Shown piece after piece: positions 1 through 12,113 of a DNA stretch of 64,000 nt; the stretch's first letter is position 1; each line of letters begins with the position of its first letter. The notes under the pieces were generated by a model, which saw nothing but the letters and a program-made list of their open reading frames with translations, was not told the origin of the DNA and ran no database searches. The position numbers were made by a program, and so were the translations under genes. The DNA comes from Octopus sinensis (taxonomy: Eukaryota), in assembly GCF_006345805.1 (NCBI RefSeq), contig NC_043004.1, positions 24,366,001 through 24,430,000 on the forward strand. Reading direction: 5' to 3'.

Positions 1-1754
1 CACTTCTTTTGGATTTCGCTCTTTCTATAAACTAAGGAATTAATAAAAGCATGTATGAAATTACACATAATATCACCGTCTAAATAATGGAAAACTGAAT
101 ATAACTCGTTTATTTCGTAACTCGACATTTATATTGGCACATAAAAAACAAAAATATTAGCAACTGTGTACAAGTATATTACATAGTTTAACATATTCAC
201 TGCATAAAATACTTTAAATTCGCCTCAAAAATAGAGTTAATCACGTATTATTATATATATTTGTGTTGGGGAAGGTATACGTACACATATATACGTACAT
301 ATACATTGATATAGATATACATGCATATACTTATACGCACACTACAAAATTGCCTGTTAACTATTAACTGTGTATGGAGCTAAATTTTTATCATTGTAGA
401 ATACACACATATATATACATATATGTGTATATATAGTGCGTGTGTATAAATACATATACATATGCATATATATATATATATATGTATTTGTATGTACGTA
501 TGTAAGAATTTATGGATTGATGGATGGATGGATGAATGGATTATGTATGTCTATAAATACATCAGTTTTCATCTTCCTTGATTCATCAGAAAGTAAAAGA
601 TTATACTATGCCATCATATATGGCATAATCGACATAGATTGATTTTTATTTAATAATAAGAAGAGACGTTTTGGTCCTATTGCATCTACATACTTACGCA
701 AGCAGGGCAAAGGTCATTGAGGCCTATGTTCGATTTGTAAATCTGTAGACTGATGCCTATGTGAAAAATGGAGGAAGTACTTACAATCGACTGTACTCTT
801 TAATGGATGATATTAAAGTGTTTAACGCAGCATTAAGGGACGAAACACAATAGAAATTACGAAGGATAGAAGCGACAGTATTTGTGGCGTCGGGGCAGAG
901 GTGATAAGCAGCGCACAATGACAGAATCTGTGGTTACATTGGAAACAAGAAGAGACGGTGCGAATGAGCAGATTTTTTTTATTTAATGAGTATTTGTTAA
1001 ACTGAGTGAAAGATGTCGAAAATGCTTGACTGTGTTGCAGTAGTAAATTTTCGGATATGTGCGTGTGCATGATCTCATTAGAGAATCATCCACAAAACAA
1101 ATATTTTATCAAAAATATCATTAAAAGTAATGTACTTCCTCGCAAACTTTAGAAATTGTTTTTCATCGATTTTATTTATATCCAGATTTAGTGAATTTAA
1201 TGACGATTGTTTTCCATCCAAATTTATGCAAAATATTTCTTTTTCTTTCGAAGAATCTTAAACTGCTTTTTATTTATTAAAGAGATTTTTCAGAAAAAAG
1301 TATTATCTTGAGTGTTATTTTTTTCTTCTCTTTATATCTACAATAATTTTTTTAAACACTTATAATTTTTTAAACTTCAAATTTTATTTTAAAATCTATT
1401 TCGTTCTGCATCATGCTCTATTCTTAAGCAATATTAGTAAATACTTGCTTTAATGACGACTTTAAGACGATACATCTTCTTCATGGTATTTTTGAGGAAA
1501 CCTTAGCTGCATTTTTAAGATTAAGAAAATAGTTCGTTTTATTTCAAGTGCTAAAATTCATTAACAAAAATACCATAAATTCATTCAATGTTCTGTTTTT
1601 CTGTTTTTCAAAAGACATTAAAATTAAAATCCATCAAGCAAGTTTCTCAAAATCTATTTCCATTACCAGTTAAAACCATTTAATTTCAAGACAAATGTCA
1701 ATGGTAACGCATATACATGCATATATATGGTAACGCATATACATGCATATATAT

Positions 1755-1895
1755 GTAGTCGCGTGGTAAGAAACTTGTTTCCCAACCACATGGCTCCGCG
1801 TTCAGTCGCACTGCATGGAACCTTGGGCGAGTGCCTTCCATCAAAGCCTCAGGCCGACCAATGCCTTCTGAGTGGATTTGGTAGGCGGAAACTTA
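1755..1895 (+). mobile_element. SINE family A, 5' head fragment (tRNA-like head plus CORE-like segment)
   Basis: GTGGTAAGAAACTTGTTTCCCAACCACATGGCTCCGCGTTCAG...CCTTGGGCGAGTG...GTGGATTTGGTAGGCGGAAACT aligns by eye to the full copies at 41974-42403 and 49293-49711. Confidence 0.85.
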
Positions 1896-1949
1896 AATGT
1901 ACTGTATATTTTTTTTATAATTTATATATATTTATTTTATCTTTATATA

Positions 1950-2319
1950 TTTAAGCTTTTATAAACTCCCACCCACTCTTAGGAGTACCCGTGTCTTCTC
2001 TTTTTTTTGCGAGTGGGAAACATAGTGATGGACAGTTGCTAGCGGTGCATTTTCTAACGTGTAAGGAGATTTTTATAAACTGCCATGGTTCCGTCAATTG
2101 CATTTCTGAATTGCAACGCACGAATCATCTGGGAGTCCCAATCTTCCGCCTTTCTCTGAAGTTCTTTTGCTGTTTTTGCTAGAGTTGAAAGGCATTCTCG
2201 TGATAGGCCACAGGCCTTCTTAAGCATGTTCGCGATATGAATTTACATATATTAGTCAGAAAAATCCGCGATGTACTGAGGGCGCGATAGGTGAACCGCG
2301 ATATGGTAAATTATTACTG
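1950..2319 (-). mobile_element. Tigger/pogo-type DNA transposon deletion derivative (TIR joined to transposase C-terminus)
   Basis: Minus strand begins TA|CAGTAATAATTTACCATATCGCGGTTCACCTATCGCG (Tigger-like TIR), then encodes ...TAKELQRKAEDWDSQMIRALQFRNAIDGTMAVYKNLL...QLSITMF, resembling the pogo/TIGD C-terminus. No second TIR seen. Confidence 0.7.
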
Positions 2320-3089
2320 TATATAGTATTTCAGAAACCGCCGGTTTGAATAGTACTTCTCAGGTGTCGAAACCATAATAATATCCGTGACGCAGAGCTG
2401 ACGATAGGATGTATATGTGTGAAGATCTGATTGACTACAAAACATTTGTATTTTGTGTATTCGTGATTCTAAATTATTCATCATTGAAATTCTAGTTCTT
2501 GTAGAGTTTAAGTTATATATAGTTCTTGTAGGGTTAAAGTTATAAGTCAGTATGTATTTATGTATGTATGGGTGGATGGATGGGTGGATGGATGGATGGA
2601 TGGCTGGATGGATGGATATAACTTTATATAGATTATAAGTTTCGTATAAAGTTATGTTTTGTATTTTATTGCGATTCAATTATATATATTATACCATATA
2701 TTGCGTGAGTGTCCTAATTCTAATTCTGAGAAGACTAATATTTGCCACAGATGGTTACTAGTTTATGGAAGTGTTGTTGCATATACATGGATACAAATAT
2801 TCGTACAGTTCAAGTAACAATATCTCATTCTCTAATACATTATTTACGAAGGAATTTTCAAAGTGTATATATAATAGGCTATCAGTTGTTTTGTTACTAG
2901 ATATTATTACAGTCGTGCGTTATAATGTGATAAAACATTATCTTTAATAAATTTATGTATATGCATGAAAATACATATACATGAATGTGTATTGGAATGT
3001 ACATGTATATGTATGAAAATACATATATATGTACACTCTTACACACATGTATATAATTGTTTACGTAATATATATAGCTAACTAGTTAG

Positions 3090-3195
3090 ATAGATACATA
3101 TATATATATATACATATATATATATACAAGCATACATACATACATACATACATACATACATACATACATACATACATACATACATACATACATAC
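3090..3195. repeat. (TA)n/(TACA)n compound microsatellite
   Basis: Directly visible. Confidence 0.95.
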
Positions 3196-3221
3196 AAACT
3201 TACAAACAATATATAGATATC

Positions 3222-4420
3222 AAAATCTGCAAAGTCCTGACATCTAGGAACTTCCACAGAAACAGTGATGTTGACAGGCTCTATCTAAGATGAAATGAAG
3301 GTGGTAAAAGCCTGAGATCAGTGCAGGCAGCCTTCGAAATCTGTATGGTATCACTCAGACAGCACCTGCTGAAAACAGCAGCAAAGGTAATTATATAAAT
3401 GCAGTGCTGAAAAGCGAAGTCAGCAATATTTTACGAGTTGGCAGTGAGCTACTCAAGAAGCACTCTCTTCCTGATGATCTCCTATACAGCCCCGAAATAG
3501 CTGGGCTCCCTTACCTTAGAGAAGACCTGGATAGAAAGCACTCAGCATACATTAAAAAAGTTTATGCATGGGTTTGTTGCCTGAAGCTTGAAGAACTGAC
3601 ACAAAGCGCAGCCTCTCTTCGACATAAGACCACGACATCACATCGCACTTTGAAGGCTATGCATTTGTAATCCAGGAACAGGAGATTGCCACAAAGTACC
3701 TGGTGAACAAGAGAGACAGTGACGTTCTTGTAATCCCAAGGTGCAACCACATGTGTAGGGTATGTCATGTTTCTGTGGAAGACATCACGCATGTGATTAG
3801 CAGTTGTCCCAAAATATCGTCACGATACTACCTCCCTATGCTGCACGCTGTTGTCGCTAAAACAATCTATAATGCCATCCGCAAAATAGACTGTCCTGAA
3901 ATAAGCTTAGAAAATCCCTCTGTTATGGAATACATTCATAAACACCAACTCAAGGAATACTGGTGGAATATTCCCATCAAAACGTCTGTGAAATGTAAAC
4001 ATAGCAGGCTGGGTAATGTTTGGGACAGGGGGGCAAAAGCATGTACTGTCATAGATAGTACTGCAGATATAAATACCTCTTTGAAAATCAAAGAAAATAG
4101 GATATCTGATTCGAAACCTCCAGCTTCTATATCCAGACTATGAATTCATATTCATACCTATAATAATTGGACCACTATGTTTTGTTAGTAAATGCTTAAA
4201 GGAGAATCTGGGTAAACTGGGATTTTCAGAAAGAAAAATCGCCCAGCTAATTCGTACATTACAAGTGCAATCTGCGAGTGGAACTGTAGAAATATGCAAG
4301 ACTTTACTCAAGTTCTAAATATGAATTTGTCTGTGTTAGCTACATCCCAAAGATGGGGCCTTGTATCTTTGTGGGAAACTGGCTCCCTCCTCAGTGGTAG
4401 ATTTACAATAAATAAAAAAT
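3222..4420 (+). mobile_element. R4/Dong-type non-LTR retrotransposon, 5'-truncated pseudogene (RT thumb, CCHC knuckle, RLE endonuclease, 3' UTR)
   Basis: FHRNSDVDRLYLR*NEGG (thumb); CRVCHVSVEDITHVISSC (zinc knuckle); YWWNIPIKTSVKCKH...WDR...CTVID (RLE region); IPIIIG; A-rich end near 4410. Stops and frameshifts throughout. Confidence 0.85.
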
Positions 4421-4579
4421 AGAAGAGACATATACATATAAATAAATATACACGCACATACACACACACATATGGGCCAATCGATAATAAAAACAAGAAC
4501 AAAACATTAAAAGTCAATAGGACCTACTCAGTGAATTTATTAAGTTGACGCTCAATTTAAGATGGAGAAAGAGGTGTGT

Positions 4580-4606
4580 GACGCTTCGAACCTGGCTCTT
4601 CGACAG
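4580..4606 (-). ncRNA. Hammerhead-like motif with non-canonical core (partial, PLE-like context)
   Basis: Minus strand CTGTCGAA GAGC CAG GTTC GAAGC GTC; stem II pairs, stem I partner absent. Confidence 0.3.
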
Positions 4607-4689
4607 AAAGAGGAAAGGAGAAAGGTCCGGAAAGAAGAAAAAATGGTCTAAGAAAAACACGTGTGCTGTCACCTTTTAAAAGATATATA

Positions 4690-4903
4690 TTTCTTTACCA
4701 CCCACAAGGGATTAAACACAGAGTGGACAAACAAGGACAGGCAAACGTATTAAGTCGATTACATCGACCCCAGTGCATAACTGGTCCTTAATTTATCGAC
4801 CCCGAAGTCGACCTCGGCGGAATTTGAACTCAGAACGTAACGGCAGACGAAATGCGACTACGTATTTCGCCCGGCGTGGTAACGATTCTGCCAGCTCGCC
4901 GCC
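4690..4903 (-). mobile_element. SINE family B (tRNA-like head GGCGGCGAGCTGGCAG), small internal deletion
   Basis: Head with GAGTTCAAATTCC B-box-like motif; tail ...CCTTGTGGGTGGTAAAGAAAT; matches the copies at 13758 and 55004. Confidence 0.9.
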
Positions 4904-5189
4904 TTCGCCTTTTAAAAGTTATGTGCTCATGACGCACGCGAGTCAAGCAGATGTCTTGAAACAAAGCTTCTGTTTTACCACGCAAAATAATCCAAATATG
5001 AGCGTAAAAGTATTTGGTGCAAAAGTTTTTGGAAGTATTTTAATCATCTGCTGAGTTAGTACTTCTGGACTACAAATGTGCATTCATAATGCAACTCTTC
5101 AAAAACAAGAGAAGAAAAGTCATCTGCAGTAACTCACATAGTGTGTGTGTGTCTCTCTCTCCTATGCATTGGAGTTAAAATCTTGTGAG

Positions 5190-6550
5190 TAATTCTTAAG
5201 AGAATAATAATGCATGTTATCGATGACAGCTATTCACAGTTGCATTACAGCTTGAGATCAAGTCGCATTTTAATGGACATAATTCTTACAGTTCGTCAAT
5301 TTGCTGAGAAATTTGGTGGGAAAAATCATGAACTGTACATGTTTTTTTTTATACATAGATTAGTCCCAGGCTTTCCGCACTGTCAGCAAAAATGGCTCTC
5401 TGAATAGTTGTCGAACAAAAAAATTATACCTTATGAAAGGCTAAACGTCATCATTTCCTTCCATGCAGCGATGAAAGCAGTTATTTTATCAGACGGCCAA
5501 CTTTCTGACACTTGACGTTTTCGAATGGCACAAAGCAAGATTGTATCAGGGCATTTCTTTCTCATTTTTTATCATTTGGTGAGGTGGCGGGGGGGAAGAG
5601 GCTATTTCTCTCTTTTCTGTCACATTCTGCCCCACGCTTACGGTGGTCTCGATTAACGGGTCCAACTCCGCACTAGTGGTCCTTTTTTCAATCACCTGCA
5701 GTTTACAGCCAAAACACTTGTCTGAATGCCAATGATATGGGACTTCTTATTCACTAATGATGGCGCACTTGTAACGCTTGTTAGAGAAGCAAGATATTTT
5801 AAATCTTTTCCCTAATGCAGGTATAGCCTTCGGCCGTAACATCGTTTATGCATTATCGAAGTAATCCACCAGCCCTGGCCCATTTGCAAGGAAATTGTAG
5901 GTATAAAACAACAACCAGTTCAATAGTTCCCTACCACGCTCATTATTATGGATGAGGAAAACCTGGAAAACTTAACATAAAGACCACATATTTGGGGAGC
6001 AGAGTAAATTCAAATGCCTCTTGTTGAAATAGTCAACCGTATAGCCAAAGTGTTAAATAGTTACTTCAAAATTCATCATCTTCTGTGCTATGAACGGGGA
6101 ATCTCATTAGCAAAAAATCAGTGTTTACAAAGCTATACACCTTTCTACTCTCCTGTGAGGATCGGAGATTGGGAGGTCCTATCGATCTTATATCAACTAG
6201 TATGATGTCTTTCATAACCGATGTCTTCGGGTCATTTCGTATGAATATGAAAGTCAGAATTTCCAATAGTAATCTGTCCGCTAAATAATGAATTGCTAAA
6301 ACTGAATCCTTTGTTCCGCAATCCCAACAAAGGTGGATTGGTCATGTCAGAATGAGGGACAATGGAATTCTAAACGTATTTTTGTGTATCCAGCTCCATG
6401 ATAGGAGAAACGTTGAAAAACGGTAGTTGAGATACAATGAATTGCTCACAACTAATCTGAAAGCGACAAAGATTATCTCTGGGACATTCGAAAAGTCTGC
6501 ATTGAATCGCAATGAAGAGAGGTTAACATGCTATAAAGCCATAAAAAAGC
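5190..6550 (+). mobile_element. RTE-clade LINE reverse transcriptase remnant (heavily decayed)
   Basis: MDIILTVRQFAEK...LYMFF; SNGTKQ; DLLFTND (FADD position); YLGS; EIVNRIAK; ERGISL..KISVYKA; QRWIGHVRM, collinear with RTE RT through C-terminus. Confidence 0.8.
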
Positions 6551-6847
6551 TATCGACTTAGCCATCTGGATCACCTTACTAAATCTAAAGCAAAGACACA
6601 ATCTCGATCTAACATACCGGTTGCTTTGTATAACAAACCTTTTTTATGTTCGATCTGTGGACTGTCCGTAAATATTGGTTGGATTACAGTCTCACTGGTG
6701 ACATTGACATCAGAACTAAAACAAATGGTTGTTGGACACTCATACGTCGAAATGACGCGAGAAGACGCACATACACACGCAAACACACACACACACACAC
6801 AAACACACACAATATGTTTATATTCAATTATCCAATTGTATTTAAGA

Positions 6848-7240
6848 TTTCTTGCCAATAGGTAAAGAGCCGGTTTCTAACCTAGATCCAACCCTCCTTC
6901 ATCGGAATTTCAACAACGGAGCAGAGTATGTATGTATGTATGTATGTATGTATGTATGTATGTATGTATGTATGTATGCAGCTTTGTATGTTTTCTTTTA
7001 TGTATGTATTCTCATGCATATAGCTATATATCTCATATATACTTAAATCGCAAACTTCTGGAAAATTTTACAGAACTTCACAGTTCCAGTGAAGTTTTGG
7101 ATTTGTAGTCTTCAATCAGCTCTCCCCTTTCTCCTTTGTATGCATGCCATCAAAATTTCTGGCAAATAGAGAAAGAACCGGTTTCTAACCTAGGTCCAAG
7201 GCAGTTTCATTGGAGTTTCAACATCAGCAACGGGGTATTT
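6848..7240 (+). repeat. Two copies of a short interspersed repeat (about 75 bp) each running into (TATG)n
   Basis: AAAGAGCCGGTTTCTAACCTAGATCCAA...TTTCAACA (6848-6925) and AAAGAACCGGTTTCTAACCTAGGTCCAA...TTTCAACA (7157-7240). Confidence 0.7.
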
Positions 7241-7817
7241 TGTATGAATGCATGTATGTATGTATAATATGATACGAATACATAAACTCTAGTTTCTGCA
7301 TTGGTAATATTTGTAATCCAAATGAGTCATCGGTGCAAAGTACATTTTTTTTACCTACCTTGTTAATTACACCAATTGGTGGTTACGATCTCCATCTAAG
7401 GTGAATAACATGCTATGTGCTATTTCTGCCGTGTATAGATATAAAGCAAGTAGTATGTTAAAAATCGCTGTTATTTCTGCATTCTCTCAATAGTTCCCCT
7501 ATTAATGATGATTATAGTTTAACTGTGTCCAAGATGATTTGTGAGAGAACTCATTATTCATTGACATTTTCATTTCCTTGAAACGACCATACATAATCAC
7601 ACACACACACACACACACATGCGCGCGCACACACACACACAGATTAGCCATCATGCAGGGAGAAAGTCAATTTTCTTTTAGGTAGTCATCGAATTACATA
7701 AGATTATATATCTCTGTATTCGTGTGATGGCTTATTCATAGTATACTTACATACTCACGCACACACATGCACACACACACATATATATATAGCATGTTTA
7801 TACATGGATACTATATG

Positions 7818-7904
<87 letters not shown>

Positions 7905-9304
7905 TTGTATGTATGTGTGTAAATACAATAAACGTCAAAAAGAACAATACAAGAAGAGTGATGTTTTACAATGAGTTATTAGCTTCACACTTTACCTGCA
8001 ACAGAAAATATAACCTTTCGGACGTTAGTTGTTCTTCAAAATAAAGTCGAAGTACAAGGGAAATGAGGAAAAGAAATAATCAGTGAAAGAAAAAGAAAGA
8101 AACTGTCGAAGGCTTAGAAACCAAGTAGAAATGTTGTATGGGTGTGGAGAATTAAGATGAGAGGAAAGAGCTAAAGGAGTGTGAGAAAGGAATGGTGTGT
8201 GTGTTTGTGTGTATATGTGTGTGTAAGCGCTGGGTATGGAGTGGTGTGCAAGTGTGGAGATATATAGAGGCATTGGTTTCTGAATGGGTGAAGTACTTGT
8301 TGTGTGTAATCGTTAGGTGGATGTTGGGAAAGCGTGAGTGGGAGGAGCTAAGAGTGTATGGTAATATGAGGGAATAAAGGCATTGAGGAAGAACATGGAA
8401 TGTTTAAAGTATAGTTGATGGTATATTGATGTGTTCACAAGAGTATAAAGAAAACACGTAGCAATGTGAAAACAAAGAGAAAAATATAAAATAAAAAGTT
8501 GAAAATGAGAAAAATGCATGAATTTTGAGGAAAATGCATGAATTTTGAGAAAATACGAAAAGTCAAAGATATAGATTGAAATTGTACAACTATGATAAAT
8601 GGTTTTGAGAAATTGATAAATTGCCTAGAGGAGGGTGCAAAGCTGATAGTTTCTTAAATAGGAAATAATGTACGTGATGAAGAAGCTGGAAAATCCACAG
8701 ACCCGAAGAAATAACTGTGGTATAGGAGATGACAAACAGGATGTAACGCACTTGGAGTACAGAGAAAATGATAAAGAAAACAAAATTAGTCTTTTCTGAG
8801 AAGAAAGTGGCGAGTAAATTTATGGGAGTGGCAGAAATGCCTGTATGCCTGTGTTTATAATACCTGTGTGTGTGTTTGCTTGTTTCTGTGTATGTGTGTG
8901 TGTTTGCATGTGCACGCGTGCGTATGTGTGTGTTTGTGTTCAAGTGTTAGCAAGCTAAAGACCGAGTAGTTAAGCAAGCACAGGGGACAAGTGGAAGAAA
9001 AAAATAGGTATGTTTCGAAGATGTCAAAAATTATGTCGAAGTGTAGAAGAGTGTGTGTCAGCGTGAATGTGCGTGTGTGCTAGTGTATGAGGTGTGTGTA
9101 TAAATGCGCGTACAAGTGCGTATGTAAGTGTGTGTACACGCGTGTATGAGTGAAAAGAGGAGGGAATGTGCATAGGTGTGCATAGGTACAGAGTAAGTGA
9201 GTGTCGGCGTGTCAGTATCTACGTGCCGAAATGTGTGTCAAAAAAGTTAAAGATGGTGGGTGAACACTGGTGTACATGTTAGTCTGAGGATATAGGTGGT
9301 TAGT

Positions 9305-9900
9305 ATAACCAGATGGTATCATTTACGTTGCTCTTCAAAAGACTCTATGCTTAGTCACTTATCTTCTTTCCGGTACATGTGCAAAAGTAAAGACACTAAG
9401 TTGGCCAGCCACGTATGGAATTTTAAGACGAACTCCACGCCACATAAAATCAATCGGCAAATCGTAGAAAAATTTATACTATATGTTAATAGATCGAAAA
9501 TATACAAGATACGCGTAGCTGAAAGATCACATATCCTTTTTAGTTCAAAGAATTCCCCTGCACTCTTGAATTCCAGATCATAAAGTTTCAGCAAATGCAA
9601 ACATACAGGCAAGTTTCTTTTATCGAACTGAAGAGAACCACTCTCTCAAAAGAGATTAGTAGTTTCGAAGATTTTAGTCTCGTTTCCGTTGATTCGACAC
9701 CAACTGGCTTTATGTCTTTACTGTCAAAGGAGACAACTCCAATTATCTTTCTTTTTTCCTTTCTTTTTCACTTTCTTTTTGAATCCACCTTCCTCTCTTT
9801 TCTTATCTTGTTTTTTCTTGCCCTATTGTGCGGATTTGTAAATTGTACAGGTAATATGCGCAGACCCTGAAGTTTACTTCGACACACTAGGCGTGTTAAT
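9305..9900 (+). mobile_element. Penelope-like element 3' remnant (GIY-YIG endonuclease C-terminus plus tail)
   Basis: IIYV...FKRLYA*H-LSSFR...TKLASHVWNFK...INRQIVEK...ALLNSRS*SFSKCKHTGKFLL matches the PLE endonuclease end pattern (H.SSF...ELS.HIW.LK...LN.R.E..SKCRH..KF). Followed by a T-rich tail. Confidence 0.75.
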
Positions 9901-10243
9901 AAAAGCTATGTAGACAACATATCCATTGTGTGAAGCAATTAGTAGGTCATAATTATATACTGTGTAAATAAAAAAACAACTATATGTATGTATGTATGTA
10001 TGTATGTATTGCGGGTATGTATATATATATATGGGGGTACGTATATATGTAATGAACCAAATGGATGAATGGGGTGAGAAGAAAATGGAAGAAAAGATGG
10101 AGACAGATATGTCATTATATAACGTCAGTATTTTAATATATATCGAATATATATGATATGTAACTTATGTATAGAAATATGCTTACACGTGATGCCGTAT
10201 ACCATTCTGAGGTCAGGTCTTACATTTAAATTGGTGATATTTC

Positions 10244-10267
10244 ACTTACCTGAAAAAAAAAGAAAAA
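10244..10267 (-). promoter_or_regulatory. Candidate recursive splice site (3' splice site fused to 5' splice site)
   Basis: Minus strand TTTTTCTTTTTTTTTCAG|GTAAGT. No host gene demonstrated. Confidence 0.3.
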
Positions 10268-11257
10268 TGTTTTAAATTTCACTTAAAAGAAATGACGTAG
10301 AAGCATTTAACGAAAAAAGTCGCAGATTTTGTTTCTATGAATCCCTTTCATATAAAGAGTGGATGTGCACCAGTATATATTGACGAGATTATTCAAAAAC
10401 AAGTTTAAGCCTTACAGATATTAGTTCAGTCCGTATATTTCATACTTTTAAACTCTACCGTTGAGAACCTTATCTCTTTTTGCCAATAGTTTCGACTCAG
10501 TAATTATCAATCTCATAAAATATGAAGCAAGGAGGTTAGTTTCCTGCGTTGGTAAATTTGTATTTGTTGGGAAATTAACTGATTGTATTGAGTATAAAGG
10601 CTTCGGAGAACTGAATTTTTCGATGATTCAGAAATAGTTATCATTCATTGTCGAGACAAAAGTGGAAAGGGGGAAATTGATATTATCATTCCTTCCTCTG
10701 TAGAAGACAGATTGACAGCAACTGGCAGGGGATTCAAAACGATGGAGAGTGTAAGGGTGAAACTTGGTGACAGAATTGGTAGAAAATGGACGGGGAGAAA
10801 TAAGAAAAGCCAAGGACTAAGAGGGCATTAGATAATTCTTTTAAGAGTTTTGACTAATTTTTCATTAACTGTAAACACATTAACTTACCTTTAGGCAAAA
10901 TATCTCAACATAAGCATAAAGTACAGATGATAAATTTATAAATACAGTTGCAGCTGATATTTTAATGAGACATATAACATAAATCGATGTATTTACTTAC
11001 TAACATTGTTCACCTTTTTGCATTATTACTGCAAGATTTCATATGATCTTCAGAATATCATATATTTCTGAACGTACCAGGTCGAGATTATGTCAACCAC
11101 GTGGCTTCAAATGCTTCTCTCTAATTAATAAATTAAGCTAGTAAATGTGTGTGCATGCGTTCGTGTGTGTATTGATATACATATATGTTTATATATTTTA
11201 TATATATATATATATATAGGTATATGAATGGATATATATATATTGGTATATGAATGA

Positions 11258-11287
<30 letters not shown>

Positions 11288-11290
<3 letters not shown>

Positions 11291-11454
11291 GAGGGTGATC
11301 GTAGACGATCTTCTAGCATATAAGATGTCCAATTAGTGGCCATCCATTATTATACTTATATATATATATATATAAAATTTAAATAATGAGGGTGATCGTA
11401 GACGATCTTCTAGCATATTAGATGTCCAATTAGTGGTCATCCATTATTATACTT

Positions 11455-11460
<6 letters not shown>
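11288..11460. repeat. 97-bp tandem duplication inside a (TA)n field
   Basis: AATGAGGGTGATCGTAGACGATCTTCTAGCATA...CATCCATTATTATACTT at 11288 and 11385, two substitutions. Confidence 0.9.
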
Positions 11461-11516
<56 letters not shown>

Positions 11517-11529
11517 TATATATATCCCA

Positions 11530-11995
11530 GTAAATGACCACAGCACTTTGTCTTGGCTACACGCGGGTGGGAAGGGACTGGTGACACATGCTTTCATTCA
11601 TACTTTGAATTTGGTGATACTAGCTGTGGCTTCTAGCTCGCTCTGATACTGAGTTGAGTTGGTGCCTTCTAGTATCTCAAAATTCAATATTCAATCATTC
11701 ATGATTGTTTGTATCCTGCGCTGATGAGAGAAGAAGTCTGGGTAAGGTAGAATTATCTAATTCTTATGCTTTCCTAAGACTTGATCTCGAAACGTACGTC
11801 CGTAGGTGACTTAAAACTGTATGATAGATTGCCGTTAATTCATTCTCTCGTACCTATTTGTGTTTGCCTTTCAAATGCCGTGTCTTTACTGTGATCTCCC
11901 TTTTAGTAGAAGAAATAGCTATAATCTCTTTGACTGCTATTTCTAAATTCGGTGTGCGGTAAGGCAATTCGTTGCTAAACCCTTAATTGCTTTAT
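11530..11995 (+). mobile_element. Hammerhead-bearing non-autonomous element, probably PLE-derived (family F)
   Basis: Bounded by TA-rich microsatellites; contains a hairpin (11605-11687) and the hammerhead; 11900-11995 is homologous to 33985-34080 (minus) and 41310-41370. Confidence 0.55.
11715..11806 (+). ncRNA. Type I hammerhead ribozyme, apparently intact
   Basis: Stem I CCTGCG (11715-20) with CGTAGG (11801-06); core CTGATGA (11721-27); stem II GAGA/TCTC extended; GAAA (11789-92); palindromic stem III ACGTACGT; GTC cleavage triplet ending at 11800. Confidence 0.85.
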
Positions 11996-12065
11996 ATATA
12001 CATATATATATACATATATATATATATACATATATATACATATATATGTATATGCATATACATAT

Positions 12066-12113
<48 letters not shown>

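Noticed and set aside
555-595. Minus-strand CTGATGA ATC-loop-GAT GAAAAC hammerhead look-alike
   Set aside because: Stem II is 3 bp and opens with A-U, and no stem I partner follows the putative cleavage site.
698-742. Possible 45-nt minus-strand exon (IYKSNIGLNDLCPAC) with CAG acceptor and GTAAGT donor
   Set aside because: Weak pyrimidine tract, unrecognised peptide, and GTAAGT is expected many times by chance in 64 kb of AT-rich DNA.
1180-1700. Possible hAT-like transposase debris on the minus strand
   Set aside because: No diagnostic motif recoverable; AT-rich and full of stops.
1701-1752. 26-bp tandem duplication just before a SINE head; similar 20-bp duplication at about 8510-8550
   Set aside because: Ordinary slippage duplications with no further structure.
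3471-3505. CTGATGA...GAAA inside the R4-type element
   Set aside because: Stem II cannot pair; it is coding sequence.
8000-8045. Minus-strand TTGAAGA...CGAAAGGTT hammerhead-like remnant
   Set aside because: Core and stems too degenerate to support.
9860-9900. CTGAAG...TTCGACAC after the Penelope remnant, where a hammerhead would be expected
   Set aside because: Both core halves are mutated and no stems could be verified.
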